This document shows positions 46,961 to 55,280 of a stretch of 64,000 nucleotides of DNA, piece after piece. A model generated the notes under the pieces. The model had not been told where the DNA came from. It ran no database searches and saw nothing but the letters and a program-made list of their open reading frames with translations. Both the position numbers and the translations under genes were made by a program. The stretch spans positions 1 through 64,000 of the IMG/VR virus record IMGVR_UViG_3300027749_002876. One strand, 5' to 3'. Positions within the stretch are counted from its first letter, which is position 1. Each line of letters starts with the position of its first letter.

Positions 46961-47121
46961 CAGAGAAGAAAAGTTCTAATCCATTTATCAACATGGCTAA
47001 TGAGGCTAAGAAGAATAGTCCTAGATTGCCAGACGCAAAAGCCGCAAAACAAAAAGTCCCTAAACCAAACAAAGGTTTTGGTGGCTCATCAGTAATTCGT
47101 AGAACTGGTCGTGGTGGTTAA
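46957..47121 (+). CDS. 54-aa basic protein ending RRTGRGG, absent from ORF track
   Basis: ATGA coupling, AAGGT SD. Confidence 0.7.
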   Translation: MTEKKSSNPFINMANEAKKNSPRLPDAKAAKQKVPKPNKGFGGSSVIRRTGRGG

Positions 47122-47612
47122 TAGCCCCAAAGACCTTCGTTACGCATACGTCGGATAGTATATAGGTATGTACTACATATAGCATAAGCTTTGACTTTTA
47201 CCATAGTTAATAGACTACGATCATTTATCTCCGGTAAAAACATAACACTATTTGTGTTGATAGGTACAGTACCCGGAGTAATCAATTTACCATTGCTAGC
47301 AGTAGCATACGGCGGGGGCGGCGTAGATGCATCAAAATGAAAATAGTTTGGATATAATTTAGAAGGTTGTGTCGCAATCCAAGTTTGCATATCAGTGTTT
47401 TTAGCATTGATCCAAAATCTATTACCTTGTATGTACTTTTCAGTTACTTCAATTATAGGTTGATTGTTGCCCACATATAATTTATTATCTATTCTCCAAA
47501 CATCAATTAAACAGGAAAAACCCTTTTGTTGGGCTTTGCTTATTTGCGGCGGAGTGTTGGCATCCTCATAGTTTGAACCATCATAGATTCCTTGATAAGA
47601 TATATAGAACAT
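47118..47612 (-). CDS. degenerate glycerophosphodiester-phosphodiesterase-like protein
   Basis: ISYQG...NTP...GFSCLIDVW...WINAKN follows the GDPD-like pattern with His/Glu replaced. Confidence 0.55.
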   Translation of the reverse strand: MFYISYQGIYDGSNYEDANTPPQISKAQQKGFSCLIDVWRIDNKLYVGNNQPIIEVTEKYIQGNRFWINAKNTDMQTWIATQPSKLYPNYFHFDASTPPPPYATASNGKLITPGTVPINTNSVMFLPEINDRSLLTMVKVKAYAICSTYLYTIRRMRNEGLWGY

Positions 47613-47702
47613 ACTATATTTATGTCAACGGAATTAATAGCTGCCGCGTTATATATATGTAGACGCTAAAATCTACTTCATTAACCATAAAGGAAACTTA
47701 AA

Positions 47703-47966
47703 ATGAAATCAGTTGCAACACTTATCGCTACTTTGGTAGCAACAGCATCTTTCGCCGCAGAACCAGCTAAGGCTCCATCGGCACCGGCAGCTCCTGTAGC
47801 AGCCGCACCAGCCCCGGCAGCTCCTGCTAAAGCAGAAGCTCCCAAGACTGAAATGAAGTTGGCTAAGAAGAAAGAAGACAAGGCAGCTCCAAAAGCTGAC
47901 GCACTTAAAGCAGATACTAAAAGTCAAGCTAAGCCTGCCGAAAAAGCCGAAGCTACTAAGAAGTAA
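47703..47966 (+). CDS. secreted Ala/Pro/Lys-rich small protein
   Basis: AAGGA SD; signal MKSVATLIATLVATASFA. Confidence 0.8.
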   Translation: MKSVATLIATLVATASFAAEPAKAPSAPAAPVAAAPAPAAPAKAEAPKTEMKLAKKKEDKAAPKADALKADTKSQAKPAEKAEATKK

Positions 47967-48178
47967 TACAATAAGACTTACATTAATCAGATTTCACGGA
48001 ATCAATCCAATTGATGTTCTGATTGATGATGAGGACATATTAGTAAATTCTAGACGCATTGTTGGGAAGGTTGATAACCCTCCCGATGATGTTGAAGAGG
48101 AACTAAGTGATTATATAGAGTCTAGACTCAACCTTGCTAGGAATTTAGCAATGATGAAGTACAGACATAAATATCAGG

Positions 48179-48934
48179 ATGAAGCTGTATTTTAAATTTA
48201 ATATTCTACCTGAATTCATAATACATTCACGTGTGAATTCTGTAATAGAAGGTTATGGTTTGGATACGGTTTCTGACTGTCTAGACAAAACTCACTTTAA
48301 AAATTACCCATATAAAGTTGAACACAAATTCAATGACAGGGGATTTAGGGACGATGTTTGGCCTGTATCTAACTTAGATGAATGTATATGGTGTGTGGGA
48401 GATAGTTTCACAGTAGGCATAGGATCTCCTAGAGAACATACATGGACTTATCTATTACAAGAAAAAACAAAAATAAGAACAATTAATATTAGTATGGATG
48501 GTGCTAGCAACACATGGATTGCTCGAAAAGCATCAAGCGTTATTGAGTCTATCGTACCAAAAAATTTAATTATCCAATGGTCTTATATACATCGTAGAGA
48601 ACTTTTTGATACTCGATTGTCAGATGAAAACCGAAGACTGTGGTATGATGAAGATTTATTTGACGGTGAAGACAACATTAATTTAACCCTAGATAATATA
48701 GCCCAAGTTGATACTCTTGCAAAAACTCGAGGAGTCAATGTTATTCATACATTTGTACCAGATTGTGTTCCTAAGTGGGATAGAGAATTATTTTATGACA
48801 AAGTGAGACAATTTAAGATAGGTATCGTTGATTATGATGTGTTAGATAAAGCAAGAGACGGGCATCATTACGATATAAAAACGGCAGACTTGTTGACCGA
48901 TAACATTGTCAACTCGGGTCTATTAAATATATAA
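48179..48934 (+). CDS. SGNH/GDSL-hydrolase-like protein
   Basis: GDSFT, GASN, QWS, DGHH. Confidence 0.65.
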   Translation: MKLYFKFNILPEFIIHSRVNSVIEGYGLDTVSDCLDKTHFKNYPYKVEHKFNDRGFRDDVWPVSNLDECIWCVGDSFTVGIGSPREHTWTYLLQEKTKIRTINISMDGASNTWIARKASSVIESIVPKNLIIQWSYIHRRELFDTRLSDENRRLWYDEDLFDGEDNINLTLDNIAQVDTLAKTRGVNVIHTFVPDCVPKWDRELFYDKVRQFKIGIVDYDVLDKARDGHHYDIKTADLLTDNIVNSGLLNI

Positions 48935-49026
48935 TTATATTGCAGGCTACAAGCATATAAATAGTAGTGAAGTTACGAGTTCTTCATAAAAACTCAACAC
49001 TTAAACACACACATAGGAGATATAAA

Positions 49027-49296
49027 ATGTTTAACACAGCAACTTACGCCTTTATTGACGGCGTTTCAGATTTTAAAAAGAAAATCGTAGAACAAACAGT
49101 TCAACACGATGGCATTAAAACAGCATTAAACGGTTTTGTTGATGCACAATCAAAATATACTAAACAAGCCGCAGATGCAGGAATGCAATCTATGATGAGC
49201 TTGGGTATGATTTTCATGAGCAAAGAATATTATACTGGTTTAGCAGATCAATTCAAGACCCTAACACCATCATTCAACGCTACTAAGGCTAAGTAA
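49027..49296 (+). CDS. helical protein, possibly phasin-like
   Basis: AGGAG SD before ATG 49027 (start refined); amphipathic helices. Confidence 0.55.
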   Translation: MFNTATYAFIDGVSDFKKKIVEQTVQHDGIKTALNGFVDAQSKYTKQAADAGMQSMMSLGMIFMSKEYYTGLADQFKTLTPSFNATKAK

Positions 49297-49297
49297 T

Positions 49298-49486
49298 ATG
49301 ATTAGTCTTTTATTAACAGTAGGTGTAATAGCCGGAATAGGCGTTGTATGTCCTTTGGTTATAAAAACAGATACATATGGATCTAGATTAGAGGAATATA
49401 TTATCAGTAAGAATCCCAAGGATACTTCTGATGTAGAACGTCTAACCAGAGAATATGATTTATCAGCAAACAAGAGGTTCCTATGA
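49298..49486 (+). CDS. small membrane-anchored protein
   Basis: N-terminal hydrophobic helix; LEEYI...DVERL. Confidence 0.65.
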   Translation: MISLLLTVGVIAGIGVVCPLVIKTDTYGSRLEEYIISKNPKDTSDVERLTREYDLSANKRFL

Positions 49487-49759
49487 ACAAGATAAAACAA
49501 TTTTTTACAAGTATACTTGAAGCCATCCAGTCTATCAAAGATTACAAAGCGGGTAGAATGAAATGAGATTCATTGATGACCTAATCATGCTACTCAAATG
49601 GGCTAAGGACGGTTGGGAAGTACATCCAATCATTACTGATGAATTCAAAGGTTGGATATGAATCAATGGCAACCAATGACTGACGAAGATTGGGAATGGG
49701 TTAATCATGGCACATTACCAAAACCTGTTGACATTCCAGTCAAAACACAATACAATTAA
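49483..49759 (+). other. three ATGA-coupled micro-ORFs (49483-49566, 49563-49661, 49658-49759; 27, 32 and 33 aa)
   Basis: each stop overlaps the next start. Confidence 0.6.
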
Positions 49760-49787
49760 CACACATACACTTTTTTAAGGAAATAAA

Positions 49788-50057
49788 ATGACAGATTACA
49801 TACCAAAACTGCCAGAAGTTAAATTCAATAAAAATGGCTACGAAATTCGTACCGATATTTTATCAATGGCTAAGGACCTAGTAGGGCAAGAATATCATGC
49901 TAAGTATATGGGCTGGGAAGTCAGTGCTGAACGTGATGAGAAGACCGGACAAATTGTTAACAAAGTAAACATGCCAGAATTTCCAGGACTAGATAAGATC
50001 CTTGAAACCGCTGAAAAGATGTATGGCTTTGTAAATCAAGGTACAAGTAAGAAGTAA
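49788..50057 (+). CDS. hypothetical protein
   Basis: TAAGGA SD. Confidence 0.8.
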   Translation: MTDYIPKLPEVKFNKNGYEIRTDILSMAKDLVGQEYHAKYMGWEVSAERDEKTGQIVNKVNMPEFPGLDKILETAEKMYGFVNQGTSKK

Positions 50058-50067
50058 TTCTTTATGT

Positions 50068-50093
50068 GAGGGCTCTTTTTAGAGCCTTCCTTT
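50068..50093 (+). terminator. probable intrinsic terminator
   Basis: GAGGGCTCT-TTTT-AGAGCCTTC hairpin, short T tail. Confidence 0.6.
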
Positions 50094-50111
50094 ACGGATA
50101 TAAATATCTAC

Positions 50112-51218
50112 ATGAATGTATTAATATTAACTCCCGATCGTGTAGGTAGCACTCTACTACAACGCCTGATAACTGTTTACATGAATGCACATGAATATGA
50201 CAAACCAGTTATTAATTTGCATGAACTCACTAATGGTATAGATTTATATTACAGTGATGTATATAACAGAGAAGTATTAGGTAAGCCTAGAAATGGCAAA
50301 GAATGGGGATACTACCAATCATTGGAAGAAGTAGTAAACAACTTATCAAAAGCTGACCACTATAAAACAGCTAGACTTGCATTATACCATTTAAATAACA
50401 GAAATGATAGTACCGAAGATAAAACTCAATTTTATAATTATATTAATGATAATTTTTATATAATATCCGCACGTAGGAATAATCTATTTGAACACGCTAT
50501 CAGCTGGGGCATTGTTACTGCTAGTAAAAAATTAAATGTGTATACTCATGCTGAAAAAATAGATACCTTCTATAACATATACAAAAATGGCATAACTATT
50601 AATGAGACAACATTGAAAAATTATTTGTATAGTTACAAAGAATATCTTAAATGGTCTGATACTCATTTTAGAGTAGCAAGTTATTTTGACTATGAAAAAG
50701 ACTTAAAAGATATTGAAAAATATATATTGAATTTAGATATATTCCCTAATAAAGAAAAGAAAACATGGAATGATATATTCAATATTGAGTGGAAAGACTG
50801 GAATAAATGCCATAAACTAATTAGTGATGTTGGTTCAATGGATCCCAAGTTATTAGAGTATGCCGGTCCTAAAACTCCTAGCACAGAGTTAGTATTAGAT
50901 AAACTTAAAAACAATTTAAGTTTATTAGATCAAGATTATTTATTAGAACATAGTAAAAAATATATTGCCGCACACAAAGGTATAGGTCAATTAGTACGCA
51001 ATGGTACATTAGTTACCGGCATACCAATTAAATTACAAACTATGGCTGAAAAGAAAAAAGTAATCAAGAACTTTGATGAATGTATTGAAGTATATAATAA
51101 ATGGGTTGATGAAAATAATTTGGGTATTAAATATACCAATGACGAGTTAAAGCAAATTGCCAACGAAGAAGTAAAAAATTGGTACAACGAAGTGCCAAAA
51201 AACTTATTACTAGAATAA
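50112..51218 (+). CDS. sulfotransferase-like P-loop protein
   Basis: TPDRVGSTLL (PAPS-binding-like), RRNNLFEHAISW. Confidence 0.55.
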   Translation: MNVLILTPDRVGSTLLQRLITVYMNAHEYDKPVINLHELTNGIDLYYSDVYNREVLGKPRNGKEWGYYQSLEEVVNNLSKADHYKTARLALYHLNNRNDSTEDKTQFYNYINDNFYIISARRNNLFEHAISWGIVTASKKLNVYTHAEKIDTFYNIYKNGITINETTLKNYLYSYKEYLKWSDTHFRVASYFDYEKDLKDIEKYILNLDIFPNKEKKTWNDIFNIEWKDWNKCHKLISDVGSMDPKLLEYAGPKTPSTELVLDKLKNNLSLLDQDYLLEHSKKYIAAHKGIGQLVRNGTLVTGIPIKLQTMAEKKKVIKNFDECIEVYNKWVDENNLGIKYTNDELKQIANEEVKNWYNEVPKNLLLE

Positions 51219-51278
51219 TTTATTGACTACCTATTCCTAGCATAATTACTAATATACAACTTTATTAAAGGAAACCAA

Positions 51279-51476
51279 ATGTCAGAAAAAACAGAACCAT
51301 TAACATTATCAATGAGCCAAGCTGATTTAAGTGTTATTGCAAGCGCAATGGAAAAAAATGTCACTGGATTACAGGAAGAATTTTCTACATTAGAAAAAAG
51401 AGCCATTATAATCAAACAAGAGATTGACCGTCAGGTAGCTATGCTTTCTATAATGAAATTGAAACTAGCAGAGTAA
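51279..51476 (+). CDS. small coiled-coil protein
   Basis: AAGGA SD. Confidence 0.65.
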   Translation: MSEKTEPLTLSMSQADLSVIASAMEKNVTGLQEEFSTLEKRAIIIKQEIDRQVAMLSIMKLKLAE

Positions 51477-51591
51477 TACTCAAGTATTACATTTTTAGCC
51501 CCTCTTTTGGGGCGATCCCACACCCAAAATTTGACAATAAATGGACATTGTGCTATAATAGAATCTTAAACAGTAAAGAAAAGGAAACGAA

Positions 51592-51864
51592 ATGTCAGCA
51601 CTTACAGAATACACATTGGAAATCTACAAAATAGACAAGCGTACCAAAGAGGGTAAGCGACTGGTTGCAAAACAAGATTTTGCTCCTAGTACTAAAGACT
51701 ACATTTCTTGTGTAGCCGAAGGTAAGCGTAAGTTGGGTTTAGTTGTTGAAGTGTTTGAGACCTTTGTTACCCGCAAAAACTTGATGGGTGGCAAGTCATT
51801 CCAAGAACGCTATGACACTCCTTACTATTGCTCACCCTCAAGCGAATCGTACTGGTCAATGTAA
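51592..51864 (+). CDS. early hypothetical protein
   Basis: AAGGA SD, own promoter. Confidence 0.8.
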   Translation: MSALTEYTLEIYKIDKRTKEGKRLVAKQDFAPSTKDYISCVAEGKRKLGLVVEVFETFVTRKNLMGGKSFQERYDTPYYCSPSSESYWSM

Positions 51865-51926
51865 AGGTTGACAATAAATGGATTTGGGTGTATAATACTT
51901 GTATTGACTTAACTAAAGGACTAAAA

Positions 51927-52193
51927 ATGACTAAGAAAATCTCTATCAAAGTATTCGGTGATCCCGGACACGCTTGGGCACGTTTCCCCAAAGCTAAGTT
52001 GGTTAGTCTTGGTATCGCTGATAAGATCACTCCTTACAGTTACCAAAATGGTACTAATGCTTTCCTTGAGGAAGACTGTGATTTGTCAACACTGATGGCA
52101 GTTCTTAAGGCCAAAGGTTATGAAGTAAAATTTAATGAGAGTTTTACCAACAAACAAAGCAAAATCCGCGGTTATTGCTCATACAAAATTTGA
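51927..52193 (+). CDS. early hypothetical protein (DPGHAW...LEEDCD)
   Basis: AAGGA SD before ATG 51927. Confidence 0.8.
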   Translation: MTKKISIKVFGDPGHAWARFPKAKLVSLGIADKITPYSYQNGTNAFLEEDCDLSTLMAVLKAKGYEVKFNESFTNKQSKIRGYCSYKI

Positions 52194-52224
52194 CAATAAA
52201 TGGGCATTGTGCTATAATTCATTT

Positions 52225-52449
52225 ATGAAATCAAAAATCTTTATTAATCAACGTGACAATGACAAGTATTTCAAACAGAAAATGCCTACATGGCGCAATG
52301 GTTTCTGTGAAATAGTCCGTAATGTCACGATTGAAAAGGACCCGCACGACATTTACCTAGACGGTGAGTGGGGTTACATTACGGTCTATGGCCGTAAGAT
52401 TTATGTCACACGGGCCGGCACTGAATTTGCATTTGAAATTCGTGGCTAA
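52225..52449 (+). CDS. early hypothetical protein, probably leaderless
   Basis: ATG 6 nt after TATAAT. Confidence 0.7.
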   Translation: MKSKIFINQRDNDKYFKQKMPTWRNGFCEIVRNVTIEKDPHDIYLDGEWGYITVYGRKIYVTRAGTEFAFEIRG

Positions 52450-52516
52450 AAGGTTGACAATAAATGGTTTTGGGTGTATAATAGAATCTTAAACAGTTAA
52501 ACAACAGGAGTTAAAA

Positions 52517-52774
52517 ATGTCAGCATTAAACACATATCTGGTACGTAAGAACGCATACGCTACAATCTTTGGTGCTAAAGCACTTACTTTAGACAATGCT
52601 ACTGACCGTCAGAAGATTGCCGATAGTATTGATTCAGATTTGAGTCCCGAGAATCTTACATGCGACGGCGAGTTGCCCCGTAGTTTGGTTCAGAAACGTT
52701 ATAAGGAATTGACAAAGGCGGCACGTGAATTGCAAAAGTTGGACCCATCTGTTAAGTTTTACGAATTTGTTTAA
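52517..52774 (+). CDS. early hypothetical protein (LSPENLTCDGE)
   Basis: AGGAG SD, own promoter. Confidence 0.8.
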   Translation: MSALNTYLVRKNAYATIFGAKALTLDNATDRQKIADSIDSDLSPENLTCDGELPRSLVQKRYKELTKAARELQKLDPSVKFYEFV

Positions 52775-52783
52775 GGAGTAGAC

Positions 52784-53437
52784 ATGGCTCGCTATCAGAA
52801 ACCCGTTCTTAATCTTGTGGCCGACAACGTGTGGGGTGCGGCATGTCAGGCACAACGATTCAATGGCAGTTATGTTAAGTTGAGTGTTTTGACTGAAGAA
52901 GACAAATCCTCTAACAAACTATCCAATAGTCAACTGATAGAAACTTTCATGGTTGATTCTAGTTTGATTACTGAAGAAGACATGGCACAAGGCAAAAAAG
53001 TTCGTGCTTTTTATCAAGCATTCACTTTCAAAATCTTGCAAGGCAAACACCTAAATGATTTTGACAATACTGCAATGGTGATTGCCAATCGTGATGTTAT
53101 CACTAGCAATTATGATGTTGCGGTTATCGCTAGTTTGCCTAGTTGCTATGAACGTGGTGTTAAGCGTCAATCAGTAGACCGGCGTATTAACTTTGCACGT
53201 GGTGGCTTTATAGGTTCTCTTGGTAAGAAGGTTTCAACAAGTGTTGAAGTATTGAGGTCAGTGTACTCACAAACTTACAATGTAAATTTTGTAACCGGTA
53301 TCAATGATGATGACCAAGTTGTATTCTTTGCTTACAAGAAAGAATTGGAAGCAGGAAAGATGTACGACATTTACGGCAATGTGAAAGCACACCGTGATAC
53401 TACAACCCAACTTAATCGTGTAAAGGTGATTGCATGA
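52784..53437 (+). CDS. hypothetical protein, possible C-terminal OB-fold
   Basis: AAGGAG SD; GNVKAH...TQLNRVK. Confidence 0.7.
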   Translation: MARYQKPVLNLVADNVWGAACQAQRFNGSYVKLSVLTEEDKSSNKLSNSQLIETFMVDSSLITEEDMAQGKKVRAFYQAFTFKILQGKHLNDFDNTAMVIANRDVITSNYDVAVIASLPSCYERGVKRQSVDRRINFARGGFIGSLGKKVSTSVEVLRSVYSQTYNVNFVTGINDDDQVVFFAYKKELEAGKMYDIYGNVKAHRDTTTQLNRVKVIA

Positions 53438-53661
53438 ATACAGAATTGATTCAGAAATTAGAGTCGCAATGTATCGTCCGTGAAATGCGAGGTACTAATG
53501 CGTTTGATAATTATATGGTTGATCGGTTCGATACTGAAAAGTTTGCAGAACTGATTGTTAAAGAATGTGACCGATATGCACGTAGTGCATGGGAACATGG
53601 CCCGTTGTTAGGTAGAGATTTACTAATCCATTTTGGAGTTGAGGAGATGAATGATGAATAA
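53434..53661 (+). CDS. KFAELIV-family small protein
   Basis: EKFAELIVKEC...HFGVEE. Confidence 0.75.
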   Translation: MNTELIQKLESQCIVREMRGTNAFDNYMVDRFDTEKFAELIVKECDRYARSAWEHGPLLGRDLLIHFGVEEMNDE

Positions 53662-53884
53662 AGATATGCAAATTTTGTTTAAGCAAGCAGGTGGTTATAT
53701 TGAAACTGATGAAGAGGGTAATATTTTTACCTATGCACATGATTTTGATCCTGAACAATTTGCCCGATCACTAGTTATGGAGTGCTATCAGACATTAATC
53801 AATCATGGTTATACGGATGCGGCACATGTGTTAGAAACAGAGTTTGCTGAAGAATGGCAAAAATATGAATTTCCGGAGATTTGA
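53651..53884 (+). CDS. divergent KFAELIV-family protein
   Basis: EQFARSLVMEC. Confidence 0.7.
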   Translation: MMNKDMQILFKQAGGYIETDEEGNIFTYAHDFDPEQFARSLVMECYQTLINHGYTDAAHVLETEFAEEWQKYEFPEI

Positions 53885-53885
53885 A

Positions 53886-54014
53886 ATGACAAATTTATTA
53901 GTGGGTTTTATTCTTGGTATTGTTGTCTCAACGGTAGGCTTTAGTGGTATCGCTAAGATGGCTGACAGAGGCGTGGACAAGGTTAAAGAAGTAACCATCG
54001 AACAAGCCAAGTGA
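53886..54014 (+). CDS. 42-aa membrane peptide, absent from ORF track
   Basis: GGAG SD; MTNLLVGFILGIVVSTVG. Confidence 0.7.
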   Translation: MTNLLVGFILGIVVSTVGFSGIAKMADRGVDKVKEVTIEQAK

Positions 54015-54043
54015 AATTTAAACGCAAACAACTGGAGGATAAA

Positions 54044-54469
54044 ATGGGTCTAGATATGTATGCTTATGTTGCCGGCCGAAAAGGTCAACAAAGTGAATAT
54101 TATGAAACTGCTGAGTTTGACAAAACCATGAATGAGTTTGTAAGCAATACGGTGAATAAACCATATGAGATTGCTTATTGGCGTAAACATCCTAATCTAC
54201 ATGGTTGGATGGAACGTCTTTGGGAGCGCAAAGGAAAACCCGGTGCAGGAGAAACTGAAACATTCAATGGCATTGAGTTAGAACTAAACTGGGATGACTT
54301 GGATGAGCTTGAACGAGCAGTACGACACGGTCAACTTCCAGACACACAGGGTTTCTTCTTTGGGAATCCTGCAGACAGTCATTACTATGAGCAAGACCTT
54401 GAGTTTGTAAACAACGCTAAGGCAGAAGTGTTCTTAGGATTGAAAGTATTTTACAACAGTAGCTGGTGA
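54044..54469 (+). CDS. hypothetical phage protein (MGLDMY...YWRKH...YNSSW)
   Basis: GGAGG SD before ATG 54044. Confidence 0.8.
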   Translation: MGLDMYAYVAGRKGQQSEYYETAEFDKTMNEFVSNTVNKPYEIAYWRKHPNLHGWMERLWERKGKPGAGETETFNGIELELNWDDLDELERAVRHGQLPDTQGFFFGNPADSHYYEQDLEFVNNAKAEVFLGLKVFYNSSW

Positions 54470-54582
54470 TGTATATCACAAATAAATACGATTCAGTTAG
54501 GTTGCCATATAGCGAAGAAATGTTAGAATGGTTATTGGCAACTTATCCTAAATCACAATATAGAGTAGTAGAAGATGAATGA
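54469..54582 (+). CDS. 37-aa hypothetical protein, absent from ORF track
   Basis: TGATG coupling. Confidence 0.6.
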   Translation: MYITNKYDSVRLPYSEEMLEWLLATYPKSQYRVVEDE

Positions 54583-54904
54583 AAATATCAAAGCAGGTGC
54601 AGATATTCACGCCGGTGACGGTGGATACAGTTTAGGCACACAAGAAAAGCATGACGAGTTTGTCAAAGGTCGTAATCAATCATTAGGTAAGATGCGAATT
54701 CGAGAATTAATGACGCAAGCTGGTACTGACACTAGCGGTAAGTGGATGGGTATTGAACATGCTGAAAAGTTCGCCGAGTTGATTGTTAGGGAATGTGCCA
54801 ATCATTGTGATTTACTATTAGATCATAAGATTAGTTCAGAATGGTCAAGAGGAACACACGATTGTTCCAGAGCGATTAAACAACATTTCGGAGTTAAAGA
54901 ATGA
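54575..54904 (+). CDS. KFAELIV-family protein with N-terminal extension
   Basis: RIREL...KFAELIVREC...HFGVKE. Confidence 0.75.
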   Translation: MNENIKAGADIHAGDGGYSLGTQEKHDEFVKGRNQSLGKMRIRELMTQAGTDTSGKWMGIEHAEKFAELIVRECANHCDLLLDHKISSEWSRGTHDCSRAIKQHFGVKE

Positions 54905-55086
54905 ACGAACGAATTTTAGAATTAGCAAGACAAGTATGGCCTGATCCTAATACCAGCCATGTCAATCACAAAAAGTTCGCCGAGTTGATTGTTAGGGAAT
55001 GTATGGACACGGTGGCTAATTGTAAAGGTACAACCAAATTTGACCATTGGAATACAATCAAAGAACATTTCGGAGTTGAAGAATGA
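54901..55086 (+). CDS. KFAELIV-family small protein
   Basis: MNERI...KFAELIVREC...HFGVEE. Confidence 0.8.
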   Translation: MNERILELARQVWPDPNTSHVNHKKFAELIVRECMDTVANCKGTTKFDHWNTIKEHFGVEE

Positions 55087-55280
55087 ACGAACGAATTCGA
55101 CAACTTGCTGAACAAGTGGATAAAGAGTTCAATAGTCCTTATGACAGGCACAAAGCAATTGAGAAGTTTGCTTTGTTAATTGTGAAAGAATGTCAGAAAT
55201 TAAATTCAAAAGAATTGTCAATCACGGCCATTGAACGGTTGCTACCATTGTATAAAGAACATTTCGGAGTTGAAGAATGA
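55083..55280 (+). CDS. KFAELIV-family small protein
   Basis: MNERI...KFALLIVKEC...HFGVEE. Confidence 0.8.
   Translation: MNERIRQLAEQVDKEFNSPYDRHKAIEKFALLIVKECQKLNSKELSITAIERLLPLYKEHFGVEE

Larger units (their letters stand above)
51531..52482 (+). promoter_or_regulatory. four near-identical sigma70 early promoters (51531, 51868, 52190, 52454)
   Basis: TTGACAATAAATGG...TATAAT, all with 17-nt spacers. Confidence 0.9.

Noticed and set aside
47630-47680. ECF-sigma promoter (GGAAT...CGTT) or riboswitch before the secreted Ala/Pro protein
   Set aside because: The spacer is only 12 nt and only a short GTAGA/TCTAC hairpin is present, which is insufficient support.
48967-49026. N-terminal extension of ORF 48967 (likewise upstream starts at 10019, 18405, 25328, 26393, 27594, 31687, 37904, 51828, 52135)
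   Set aside because: Downstream ATGs have clear SDs or stop-start coupling, and the extensions overlap promoters, leaders or neighbouring genes.
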